The position numbers and the translations under genes were made by a program. The notes under the pieces were generated by a model. The model saw nothing but the letters and a program-made list of their open reading frames with translations, was not told the DNA's origin and ran no database searches. DNA of 64,000 nt. Origin: an uncultured Candidatus Saccharibacteria bacterium. GTDB taxonomy: Bacteria > Patescibacteriota > Minisyncoccia > Phycocordibacterales > UBA9973. Shown one piece after another: positions 20,193-28,322 of this stretch (position 1 is the stretch's first letter; each line of letters opens with the position of its first letter). The DNA is taken from contig CAZBZO010000001.1 in the NCBI GenBank assembly GCA_964496425.1, positions 7,265 through 71,264 on the forward strand, written 5' to 3'.

Positions 20193-20720
20193 TTACGCCT
20201 TGCTTCGGGATACCGCGAGTTTGATGATTTTTTCTAGCTCTTTTGTATTAATATCGGAAAGTTTATTGATATAAAGACATCCTCCTCCTTCTTTATACTT
20301 GCCCAATTTTAAGAGGAAATCGTTTTCTCCTTTCTTCTCTTTCAAGCCGCCGTGCGTCATGGTAAAAACTTTTAAGCCATAAAGTGCAATATTTTGCTTG
20401 CGTGGCGCAAAACCAATCACCATCCATTCCCCCGTTTTGCCATTTGCATATGTGTACGTTCTGCGACCGAAGCCGACAATACCTCTGCCACCTATAAGTT
20501 GCTCCTGCAACTTTAGTCGGCCCCGGCTCGAGTCCGTCGACTCTCCGCCCTTGCGACGAGGGATAACCCTCGTCTCACCCCACATTTCGGGCTTTGCGCG
20601 AGTTGCTTTCTCCATAATGAGAGATATGGCGGTGCAATCCTTGCGCTTCTCCGCGTCTTTGATCGTGCTTAAAAATTTCTTTACGCTCGCCTTACTTACT
20701 TTTGTTTTTAGTTCGGGCAT
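20193..20720 (-). CDS. DUF1801 protein carrying a ~29-aa in-frame insertion
   Basis: MWG and IVGFG are separated by about 30 extra residues; GFAPRK and CLYINKLSD motifs. Confidence 0.82.
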   Translation of the reverse strand: MPELKTKVSKASVKKFLSTIKDAEKRKDCTAISLIMEKATRAKPEMWGETRVIPRRKGGESTDSSRGRLKLQEQLIGGRGIVGFGRRTYTYANGKTGEWMVIGFAPRKQNIALYGLKVFTMTHGGLKEKKGENDFLLKLGKYKEGGGCLYINKLSDINTKELEKIIKLAVSRSKA

Positions 20721-20722
20721 AT

Positions 20723-21205
20723 TTACCCCTGTCGTGCTCTATCAATAGCAGCCACGTCTATTTTTTTCATAGTCATCATCGCACCGAATGCGCGCTCGGC
20801 TTCTTCGCCGCCGAGAGCCATGGCTTCCGTCAGCGTGCGTGGCGTGATTTGCCATGATATTCCCCAGCGATCCTTGCACCATCCGCACTCACTTTCTACA
20901 CCACCATTGCCAACGATAGCGTTCCAATAGCTATCCGTTTCTTCCTGAGTGTCCGTGGCGATCTGAAAGGAAAATGCTTCATTATGCTTGAATACTGGTC
21001 CCCCATTGAGACCGATACAGGGAATTCCACACACAGTGAACTCTACCGTGAGCACGTCCCCTTTCTTGCCGCCCGGAAAATCACCGGGCGCATGAAAAAC
21101 ACCCGTTACTTTGCTATCGGGAAACGTAGCAGCGTAAAAATTAGCTGCGGCTTCTGCATCTTTATCAAACCAGAGACAAATTGTGTTTTTTGGTATGGTG
21201 TTCAT
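20723..21205 (-). CDS. VOC / PhnB-like protein
   Basis: CLWFD, LNGGP and CGWCKDRWGISWQI. Confidence 0.9.
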   Translation of the reverse strand: MNTIPKNTICLWFDKDAEAAANFYAATFPDSKVTGVFHAPGDFPGGKKGDVLTVEFTVCGIPCIGLNGGPVFKHNEAFSFQIATDTQEETDSYWNAIVGNGGVESECGWCKDRWGISWQITPRTLTEAMALGGEEAERAFGAMMTMKKIDVAAIDRARQG

Positions 21206-21276
21206 CTGTCTATTTTACAACGCTTCTGGGCAATTTACTAAATTAGTTTTGACCAAAATAGTAACTGACCCGGTTT

Positions 21277-21312
21277 TTTAGCATTGACAGAATGCTAAAA
21301 AGATGATATAAT
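21277..21312 (+). promoter_or_regulatory. Consensus sigma70 promoter with an inverted repeat over the -35
   Basis: TTGACA (21284)-17 bp-TATAAT (21307); TTTTAGCATT-gacag-AATGCTAAAA. Confidence 0.75.
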
Positions 21313-21391
21313 ATAATGAAAGGTTAGGAATAGCCTAGGGTTTAAAAGGTTTTTGAATCTTGAGCTATTCCTAACTAAAAATTCTTTAAAT

Positions 21392-21649
21392 ATGAGAGAG
21401 ATTTTCCACCGAATCTATACCCGTCCAAGCTGGGCGATTGGATTTGTACTTTTCCTATTTCTTTTGATCACATTTGTATGGTCAGTAGCGGATTATCAAG
21501 GATTCGTTATGGCTGTTAACAGATGGACTGAGGCAATGTACGTGCTTATTCTACATCTCGGAGCTTTGCTTTTTATAGGATTCTTAATAAAAAAGCTTCT
21601 GTGGGATAGTGCTTTCGGTTCCACAAAAAAGAAAAAAGGGCACTCTTAA
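21392..21649 (+). CDS. Small 2-TM membrane protein with a basic tail
   Basis: 85 aa from ATG 21392; ends KKKKGHS. Confidence 0.6.
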   Translation: MREIFHRIYTRPSWAIGFVLFLFLLITFVWSVADYQGFVMAVNRWTEAMYVLILHLGALLFIGFLIKKLLWDSAFGSTKKKKGHS

Positions 21650-21874
21650 GATTACTGGCACAAGCCAGAAAAGTCGACCAACAACAACTTGGCCGACTTT
21701 TTTTATTTATTTTTACCATTTCGGTATCAGAAATATTATTTCTCAAAACAACGTAACATATTCCCCTTTTTAGTCTTTGCACTGCACTGACATGAAGCAA
21801 AAAATATTTAAGCAAGAACGGTTTCTTACCTATCATGCTTACCACAAATTAGGTCTGATTTAAATACAACAGCT

Positions 21875-22420
21875 TTATTTAGTAATAGTATTTTTAATCT
21901 TTAACAAAGCGACACAACTTGCTCCGTGAGTAATTTCACTCTTCATCACCATTTCTAATGCTGTATCATACGGCATCTTAATTATTTTAATTGTTTCTGT
22001 TCCTTCTTGTTCTGATTCTCCTTTAGTTAATTCCTCTGCAAGATATATGTGATTGGGAGATACTAGGATACTGGTAAAAGGATCAACTACTCCGAGATAC
22101 GTCCATTTCTTTGCGACAAAACCTGTCTCTTCTTTCAATTCTCGTTGTGCTGCTTGTAATGCATCCTCTCCTTCATCAATCCCTCCGCTAATAGCTTCTA
22201 TGGTTATTCTCTCTACTGCGTAATGATATTCTTGAGTCAAATATACGTTTCCTTCAGCATCAAGTGGAATTACTGAAACACCACTTTTTTGCTCAACCAC
22301 TCCGAAGATCCCGTCTTTACCGTCAGGTCTAATTACTTTATCTTCTCGGACTTTAATCCAAGGATTTTGATACACGACCTTCGTATCAGTAATGGTCCAA
22401 GGTCCTTTTTTATTATTCAT
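21875..22420 (-). CDS. NUDIX hydrolase (ADP-ribose pyrophosphatase-like)
   Basis: Nudix box GGIDEGEDALQAAQRELKEETG. Confidence 0.92.
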   Translation of the reverse strand: MNNKKGPWTITDTKVVYQNPWIKVREDKVIRPDGKDGIFGVVEQKSGVSVIPLDAEGNVYLTQEYHYAVERITIEAISGGIDEGEDALQAAQRELKEETGFVAKKWTYLGVVDPFTSILVSPNHIYLAEELTKGESEQEGTETIKIIKMPYDTALEMVMKSEITHGASCVALLKIKNTITK

Positions 22421-22471
22421 AGGCTCAGCCTAACATACTCTTACAAAAATCAAAGAGATTTTGTTTTTAAA

Positions 22472-22571
22472 ATACGCAAGGACGGTCCTTGCGTATCACA
22501 CTAGCTAGTCATATGGCGTAAAACTGGAACTTTGCTTAAGCAAGGACGGTCATTGCTTATCATACTTACCA
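22472..22571. repeat. Two copies of a GCAAGGACGGTCCTTGC-type palindromic repeat
   Basis: ATACGCAAGGAC-G-GTCCTTGCGTAT at 22472 and TAAGCAAGGACGGTCATTGCTTA at 22537; related copies at 16329, 19035 and 21809. Confidence 0.8.
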
Positions 22572-22591
22572 TTCTTGCCTACCACGAGCAG

Positions 22592-22843
22592 TTAATTGTT
22601 ATATGGATCAAGTGTTATTTTATTATTTACTTTTATCCCCGTTACTTCAATTATTCTGGAAGTAATTCCATGTAAATCATTTACTCGTTTTTTACTTAAA
22701 TCAATACTGTATTGATGTGAATAGATAATATCAGAATTAAGAGCAACCTGTTCTTTAAGTTTTGCTATTTGGTAAAAGAGATAACCAATGACTACTATAA
22801 GTATAACAATGATCAAACTTTGTAATTTTTGTATTTTATTCAT
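22592..22843 (-). CDS. Small membrane-anchored hypothetical protein
   Basis: One N-terminal TM segment, very AT-rich. Confidence 0.55.
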   Translation of the reverse strand: MNKIQKLQSLIIVILIVVIGYLFYQIAKLKEQVALNSDIIYSHQYSIDLSKKRVNDLHGITSRIIEVTGIKVNNKITLDPYNN

Positions 22844-22912
22844 ACTAATAATTCGATTACTATTTTTTATACTTTTATCTTAACAATTCTACGGCCTTTG
22901 AGCACCTGTAAT

Positions 22913-23635
22913 TTACACCTTAAAATTAAAACTGCTTTTAATTTTTTCTTTGCTGTCATTTATTTTAGTAATAATATTATCTCTCATTTTTAATGTTAAA
23001 TCATGAACCTCTTTATTAATTTCTTCTGTTTCTAAAATATAAGTATCAATACTATCCAATCTTTCGTTTGTAAATGCAGTACCGTCTTGGATTAATTTAA
23101 TATTGGCTTGATAATTTAGCACTATGTTTAAATTATATGTTGCTATTTTATTTATCTTATCTTGTAAAGTGTTCCAGCTTTCACCTTCTTCACTAAAATA
23201 TGTATCAATGTAAGAACCTATTAGTTCTATACCATCATCTATATCTCTTTTTGACAAACTGTCGTTGCTATCAGTATAGAGCTCTTTATTTGTAATAGCT
23301 TTTTTGTGCTCCTTAAGCGTTATTAATATAATCTCACTTTTTTGTTTAAAAGTTAAAAGTTTACCAATAACACTTAATCCTTTATCTTCAATTGATCTAA
23401 TTAAAGCCATATTATAATTAAATCGTTTATCGTATGAACTTTGTATCAAGCTTAATATAAGGGCTAAGATAGTAAAAATACCAATTATAAAATTAGGATC
23501 AATATTTGATTTTAATAGGTAGCATCTAAAATCTTCATTAGTAACATATACAATGAAAGTTCCAAAAACTACTATTAATAGAATTCGTAGAGTATTATCT
23601 GAAACAATTTTTAATATTTTTTTAATTTTATCCAT
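22913..23635 (-). CDS. Hypothetical protein, 2 TM plus helical domain
   Basis: Very AT-rich 240-aa ORF downstream of tRNA-Gln. Confidence 0.6.
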   Translation of the reverse strand: MDKIKKILKIVSDNTLRILLIVVFGTFIVYVTNEDFRCYLLKSNIDPNFIIGIFTILALILSLIQSSYDKRFNYNMALIRSIEDKGLSVIGKLLTFKQKSEIILITLKEHKKAITNKELYTDSNDSLSKRDIDDGIELIGSYIDTYFSEEGESWNTLQDKINKIATYNLNIVLNYQANIKLIQDGTAFTNERLDSIDTYILETEEINKEVHDLTLKMRDNIITKINDSKEKIKSSFNFKV

Positions 23636-23659
23636 AACTATCTTTGAGCTAGCTCATGT

Positions 23660-23763
23660 TGGCTGAGAGACTTGGACCCGCCTGCGGCAAAGGCAGGCTC
23701 GAACCCCGCCCGAACGACTCTGATTGTTCAGTCGGGCGGGCAAGATACACAGATCCAGAATCC
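23660..23763 (-). pseudogene. 3' half of a tRNA-Gln interrupted by two palindromic inserts
   Basis: Removing 23677-23697 and 23705-23740 gives ...TTCTGGATCTGTGTATCTTGGTTCGAGTCCAAGTCTCTCAGCCA, which matches the T-arm and acceptor of the adjacent tRNA. Confidence 0.75.
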
Positions 23764-23787
23764 TTATTGCTGATTTTCTAAGAAAAG

Positions 23788-23858
23788 CTGGGAGACTTGG
23801 ACTCGAACCAAGATAATATCCTTCAGAGGGATACGTCCTACCATTAGACGATCTCCCA
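23788..23858 (-). tRNA. tRNA-Gln(CTG)
   Basis: TGGGAGA/TCTCCCA acceptor, TATCC-CTCTGAA-GGATA anticodon arm, TTCGAGT T-loop. Confidence 0.95.
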
Positions 23859-23926
23859 GCTCTTCTTACAAAATAACAGCAATTTCTTGTAGAACCAGAT
23901 AAAAATAAAAGTACATTTATTTTTAT

Positions 23927-23967
23927 TCCTACCATTAGACCTGCCTGCGCAGGCAGGCGATCCCGCA
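23927..23967 (-). pseudogene. 5' fragment of a tRNA-Gln with an 18-bp palindromic insert
   Basis: TGCGGGATCG[CCTGCCTGCGCAGGCAGG]TCTAATGGTAGGA versus intact TGGGAGATCGTCTAATGGTAGGA. Confidence 0.7.
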
Positions 23968-24031
23968 ATAAAACACTTGTATCCTAACATGAAAACACCA
24001 AAAAACAACCTGATTATGCTACACTTTTTGT

Positions 24032-24547
24032 ATGAATCCTGAAATAAAAATACTAGAAGTTACAGAATGGCAGGCATATAAAGCCATTCGCTTGAAAGGT
24101 CTCCAAACTGATCCAACTGCCTTTGGACGTTCATATGAAGAAGAAGTGTTGCATGACGATGCTCGTTGGCAAAAGAAATTATCTGATCCAGACTTCCCTG
24201 TCTACGTAACAAAAATAGATGGAAGAATAGTTGCCACCGCAATGGTGAAGTTTGAAGTCGGCGATCGAATCGGACATATGGCTACGATAAAAGGCGTCTA
24301 CACCGATCCTGAGTTTCGCAATCGAGGCTTAAGTACCACACTTCTCAAAAAAATACTTTCGGATCTCCATGACAATCAGAAAACTATCAAAGTCCGTCTC
24401 TCCGTCAATGATTCTCAAGTCGCGGCAAAAAAGATGTATGAAAATCTTGGGTTTGAAACTGTGGGACTTGAGAAAAAGGAAGTGAAGATCGGCACTACGT
24501 ATCTCGACCAAACTCATATGGAGCTCATATTTGAAGACAAGCTCTAA
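24032..24547 (+). CDS. GNAT N-acetyltransferase
   Basis: VYTDPEFRNRGLS and MYENLGF motifs. Confidence 0.9.
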   Translation: MNPEIKILEVTEWQAYKAIRLKGLQTDPTAFGRSYEEEVLHDDARWQKKLSDPDFPVYVTKIDGRIVATAMVKFEVGDRIGHMATIKGVYTDPEFRNRGLSTTLLKKILSDLHDNQKTIKVRLSVNDSQVAAKKMYENLGFETVGLEKKEVKIGTTYLDQTHMELIFEDKL

Positions 24548-24951
24548 TCATCATCCTCTCCTTCATCTTCATCCTCACTTTCATGTTCTCCATCATCATT
24601 ATCGTTGTTATCATCGTCTCCAAATTGCTCACTTTCAGGCGGAGAAACAGTTTCAACAACTGGTGCTAGCGGAGCCGGCGGGATTATCGGAAGAACTATT
24701 GGTGCGGGTGGTATGGTTGGTGTGCTCGAGGAAACCTTCGTCGTCGGCACCACTGGCAGAGTATCTCCGACCGAGGCTGTGAGACCTGAGGTGATGCTCT
24801 CAGTATTAAATGAAGTAGGTGTTTGTGGTGCCTGAGCGACAGTATCTTGGCTTACTGAAGAACCAATCGGATCCGCAGTTTTGATAGTGGCATAAGTGAC
24901 AAAACCAATGAAAGCTAAAGTACCGGCAATAGGTATAATGTATTTTTTCAT
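24544..24951 (-). CDS. Membrane-anchored low-complexity protein (Pro/Thr/Ser stalk, acidic C-terminal tail)
   Basis: N-terminal TM segment; ends in a D/E run. Confidence 0.7.
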   Translation of the reverse strand: MKKYIIPIAGTLAFIGFVTYATIKTADPIGSSVSQDTVAQAPQTPTSFNTESITSGLTASVGDTLPVVPTTKVSSSTPTIPPAPIVLPIIPPAPLAPVVETVSPPESEQFGDDDNNDNDDGEHESEDEDEGEDDD

Positions 24952-24984
24952 ACTATTTTTTATATACGTTTTTAATTTTTAATA

Positions 24985-25464
24985 CTAACTCGCATTCGAC
25001 TTCCGACTCGGCTTTACGACCGGTGGCTTGGCAGGCGTTTGCGCCTGAGCAGCGGCTTGGGCCAGAGCTTGGGCCGCTGCGGCCGCTTGCTGTGCGGCTA
25101 AGGCTTGGGCTTGGGCTTGTTGAACCGCCAACGCTTGAGCGGCAGCTTGTTGAGCAGCCGTGGCTGCGACTTGCTTTTGCGTAGCGACAATTCCGGCGGC
25201 TTTGGCTAGAGCAACATTTTCTGCGCGAAGCTCTTCTAGTGCGGCTTTCTGCGAATCGATAAACGCTTGTTGTACCGAGAGCTCGCTTGCGAAGCTAGCT
25301 TCCAGTTCTGTGATCTCTTGATTCTTCCCTTGTTGAAACGCTTCATACTGGGCAGCCAAAAGATACTCATAATGATTTTTGAAGCGATAGACACCTGCTC
25401 CGCCTGAGGCAGCCAAGAGCACAAATCCAAACGCCAATATGATATTTTTCAAATCGCTTTTCAT
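24985..25464 (-). CDS. Membrane-anchored helical stalk protein, candidate ApbE substrate
   Basis: N-terminal TM, A/Q-rich coiled segment, C-terminus KPSRKSNAS. Confidence 0.7.
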   Translation of the reverse strand: MKSDLKNIILAFGFVLLAASGGAGVYRFKNHYEYLLAAQYEAFQQGKNQEITELEASFASELSVQQAFIDSQKAALEELRAENVALAKAAGIVATQKQVAATAAQQAAAQALAVQQAQAQALAAQQAAAAAQALAQAAAQAQTPAKPPVVKPSRKSNAS

Positions 25465-25482
25465 ATTTTTTTCTCTTAGTCT

Positions 25483-25653
25483 CTAGTCTAATTTTTGCCA
25501 CATATGCGTATCGCTTTTACGCACATCACACTCAGCACACTTAAAATCCATGGGGAGCGCTTCCCACTTGGTGCCAGGCGGAATGCCCCGCTCGGGGAGT
25601 CCTTTGGCTTCATCGTATATCCATCCGCAATCTAAACAAATGTATTGAGACAT
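25483..25653 (-). CDS. Rubredoxin, 56 aa (not in the ORF track)
   Basis: MSQYICLDCGWIYDEAKGLPERGIPPGTKWEALPMDFKCAECDVRKSDTHMWQKLD. Confidence 0.92.
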   Translation of the reverse strand: MSQYICLDCGWIYDEAKGLPERGIPPGTKWEALPMDFKCAECDVRKSDTHMWQKLD

Positions 25654-25687
25654 AAATGTATTATCTATATTAATTGATAATACACAG

Positions 25688-25721
25688 AGTATAGAAAATG
25701 ATTATGAGTATCAGATGAATG
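25688..25721 (-). promoter_or_regulatory. Promoter with 11-bp-period TCAT direct repeat, candidate response regulator box
   Basis: CATTCATCTgatacTCATaatcaTTTTCTATACT; same layout as 27383-27416. Confidence 0.65.
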
Positions 25722-25727
25722 AGAGAC

Positions 25728-26753
25728 TTATGCGAGAGGTAGTGTGACCGTGCATACGGTTCCCACCCCCACGGTACTATCAATATGAATACTGCCGCGA
25801 TGGGCATCGATGATTTCTTTGACGATAGCTAGGCCGAGTCCAGTACCAGAAGTACTGCGCGCTTGGTCGGCTTTGTAAAATCGCTCGAAAATATGCGGCA
25901 AGGCGTCGGAAGCAATACCGCTGCCGGTATCTGTAATCGAAAGACGAGCCTGGTTTTGTATTTTTGTAAGTCTGACAGTCACTGATCCACCTTGATGATT
26001 GTAGTCAATGGCATTTTTAATGAGATTGACTAAGAGCCGCACCAAATCTTCCGGAATACCGAAGACACGGATATCTGGATCTATCTCGTTTACTAAAGCG
26101 ACTCCTTGGAGATCAGCATACGCGCCCATCATGGCCAATTGTTTTTGACAGAGTTCCGAGAAAGCGACTGGCGTGTGAGTCGTGGCCGGTGTATTTCGTG
26201 TACGCGCCAAAAAAAGCAAATCATTGGAGAGTGTGGTCAGACGCTTTGTTTCTCCGAGCGTCGTTTCGATAAAGGCTCGATACTCTTCCGGACTCCGGGC
26301 TTTGCTTAACATCACTTCCCCACCAGCCGTCATGACGGCCAGTGGCGTGCGAAGTTCATGAGCTGCATCGGCAACAAACCGAGCTTGCTTCCGATATGAA
26401 TCTTCAAGCGGAGTGAGGGTACGCCGAGAAAGTGCGTATGCTACCACCACTGTCAGGATAAGAATCAACATATCAGCAATGAGTAAAATCCGCGCCAGAT
26501 CGCTTTCGATCTCTTCGATTACCGACTCCCCGAGCTCTTCAGATTGTTCGTGAGCCACATGCGCTGCGCCACTTTCATCTTCGCCAGAGCGAATGCTGGT
26601 GCCAAACATACCGTAGACGATCAGATTGAAAACAACCAAAATAACGCATACCCCGAGCGTATAATAGACGGTCAGTAGTATGACAGCTCGTGCGAAATTA
26701 TTTTGATCGGAAGGTATAGCCGACACCGCGAATGGTTTTAATATATTTTTCAT
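25728..26753 (-). CDS. Sensor histidine kinase (2 TM)
   Basis: AHELRTPL, NLIKNAIDY, DTGSGI, FERFYK and GTGLGL boxes. Confidence 0.95.
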   Translation of the reverse strand: MKNILKPFAVSAIPSDQNNFARAVILLTVYYTLGVCVILVVFNLIVYGMFGTSIRSGEDESGAAHVAHEQSEELGESVIEEIESDLARILLIADMLILILTVVVAYALSRRTLTPLEDSYRKQARFVADAAHELRTPLAVMTAGGEVMLSKARSPEEYRAFIETTLGETKRLTTLSNDLLFLARTRNTPATTHTPVAFSELCQKQLAMMGAYADLQGVALVNEIDPDIRVFGIPEDLVRLLVNLIKNAIDYNHQGGSVTVRLTKIQNQARLSITDTGSGIASDALPHIFERFYKADQARSTSGTGLGLAIVKEIIDAHRGSIHIDSTVGVGTVCTVTLPLA

Positions 26754-27366
26754 TGGTATCTTTTAATTTTTTTCGTAGCTGTTTGATATACACGTCGGTG
26801 ATGTTGCTGAAGGCACTATACGCAAAATCCCAACAATGTTCAAGGAGTGCTTCGCGAGTAATGACATTGTCGGCATTGCGCATCAAGTATTCCAAGATCG
26901 CATACTCTTTAAGTGTCAGTGGAATGATCTTGCCTTTGTGAGTCACGCGATGCGTACCTGGCTCAAGCACAATATCCTGTAGCGAAAGTGTCGTAATCAC
27001 CCGCTCGTGCGGCCGGCGCAAGAGCGCTCGCACGCGAGCCAAAAGCTCTTTCATCTCAAACGGCTTTACCAAATAATCATCAGCCCCACTATCGAGACCA
27101 CTGATCTTATCGTCGAGCTCGCCTTTGGAAGTCATGAGGATGATCGGTAAAGTCACTTCATCATCACGCAAACTTTTACATACTGCAATACCGTCTTTTT
27201 TCGGCAGCATAATATCAAGCACCATCAAATCATAATTACCCGAGCGGGCCATACGCTCACCGGCTTCGCCATCAGCCACGGTGTCAACCGCATACCCATC
27301 TTCAGTAAGCATTTGCTTGGTATAGGTAGCGAGTTTTTCATTGTCCTCGACAATCAGTATCCTCAT
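26698..27366 (-). CDS. OmpR/PhoB family response regulator
   Basis: VED, LDIMLP, GADDYLVKPF and TIRGVGY motifs. Confidence 0.95.
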   Translation of the reverse strand: MRILIVEDNEKLATYTKQMLTEDGYAVDTVADGEAGERMARSGNYDLMVLDIMLPKKDGIAVCKSLRDDEVTLPIILMTSKGELDDKISGLDSGADDYLVKPFEMKELLARVRALLRRPHERVITTLSLQDIVLEPGTHRVTHKGKIIPLTLKEYAILEYLMRNADNVITREALLEHCWDFAYSAFSNITDVYIKQLRKKLKDTNEKYIKTIRGVGYTFRSK

Positions 27367-27382
27367 TTATACATGATACACC

Positions 27383-27416
27383 CATTCATCTTCTCTTCAT
27401 CTTTGTTTTCTACACT
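27383..27416 (+). promoter_or_regulatory. Leaderless apbE promoter with TCAT direct repeat
   Basis: CATTCATCTtctctTCATctttgTTTTCTACACT, 6 nt before the ATG. Confidence 0.65.
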
Positions 27417-27422
27417 ATAGGC

Positions 27423-28322
27423 ATGAATAAAGAATTTGAATGGACCGGCCACGCCATGGGCACCGAATACGCAATCGCCATCGTCTGCCCTGAAGCGGCT
27501 CAGGCGGAGGCGCTCTCTCTTGTCGCCCGAGCTGACATAGAAGCTGCCGAGGCACGATTTTCAAGATTTTTAGCCGACAGTGAGCTCTCAATCCTCAACC
27601 GCACAAAAAGTCAGATAGTCTCTCAAGCGTTTTTTGATGCCACCGCAAAAGCGTACGAGCTCTACCAAAAAACCGACGGCTATTTCAATCCGCTTCTTCA
27701 AATCGCCCGTCACGGCTACACTGAAAATTTTGCTGATATGAAAAAAGATGACAGAAGTGCAAACGTCTTGCCCTACAATATCGACTTTTCAAAAGTAGAA
27801 ATGGATCCAAAAACACTTCGGATCACTCTAAAAGCGGATCAAGCATTGGATTATGGCGGATTTCTAAAAGGATACATCGCACAAGTGATCGCCGACCATA
27901 TACACAAAGAAAATCCTGAAGTATCCGGCGTAGTCATAAATATCGGCGGCGACATCTGTGCGCGAGGCGTCGATGCAAACGGTGATCCATTTGTTTTTGC
28001 AATCTACAATCCGCATACAGGCACAAGTGATATAGAAGTCATACTTGATAATAAAAGTCTGGCCACAAGCGGCACCTATAAACGCAACTGGAAACGAGAC
28101 GGAAAAAAAATCCACCATATCCTCGATAAAACCGGGCTACACAATCCCGCAAGTGACATCGTCTCAGTAAGCATCGTCCATGCCGATGGAGCACTGGCCG
28201 AAGCCTACACCAAAGAAGTACTGTCGCTCTCCGACAGCGAGGCAGAATCCTTTGCAGAGCGCACAGAGATCGGGTTGGTCATGATCGATCGCAATGGAAC
28301 AGTAAAAAAATATTTGTCATGA
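27423..28322 (+). CDS. apbE: FAD:protein FMN transferase with no signal peptide
   Basis: AMGT, SELSILN, LDYGGFLKGY, NIGGD, LATSG and HHILD motifs. Confidence 0.92.
   Translation: MNKEFEWTGHAMGTEYAIAIVCPEAAQAEALSLVARADIEAAEARFSRFLADSELSILNRTKSQIVSQAFFDATAKAYELYQKTDGYFNPLLQIARHGYTENFADMKKDDRSANVLPYNIDFSKVEMDPKTLRITLKADQALDYGGFLKGYIAQVIADHIHKENPEVSGVVINIGGDICARGVDANGDPFVFAIYNPHTGTSDIEVILDNKSLATSGTYKRNWKRDGKKIHHILDKTGLHNPASDIVSVSIVHADGALAEAYTKEVLSLSDSEAESFAERTEIGLVMIDRNGTVKKYLS

Noticed and set aside
21278-21298. TTAGCA...TGCTAA as a CIRCE element
   Set aside because: It spans 21 bp, not the 27-bp TTAGCACTC-N9-GAGTGCTAA, and no chaperone gene follows
16324-22571. Palindromic repeats as a CRISPR array
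   Set aside because: Copies are degenerate, irregularly spaced and mostly separated by whole genes, and no cas genes are present
9353-23635. Classical integron or prophage
   Set aside because: No tyrosine recombinase, clear attC boxes or phage structural genes were seen
23654-23968. 104-aa ORF from the track
   Set aside because: It overlies tRNA-Gln, tRNA fragments and palindromes, so it is a spurious reading
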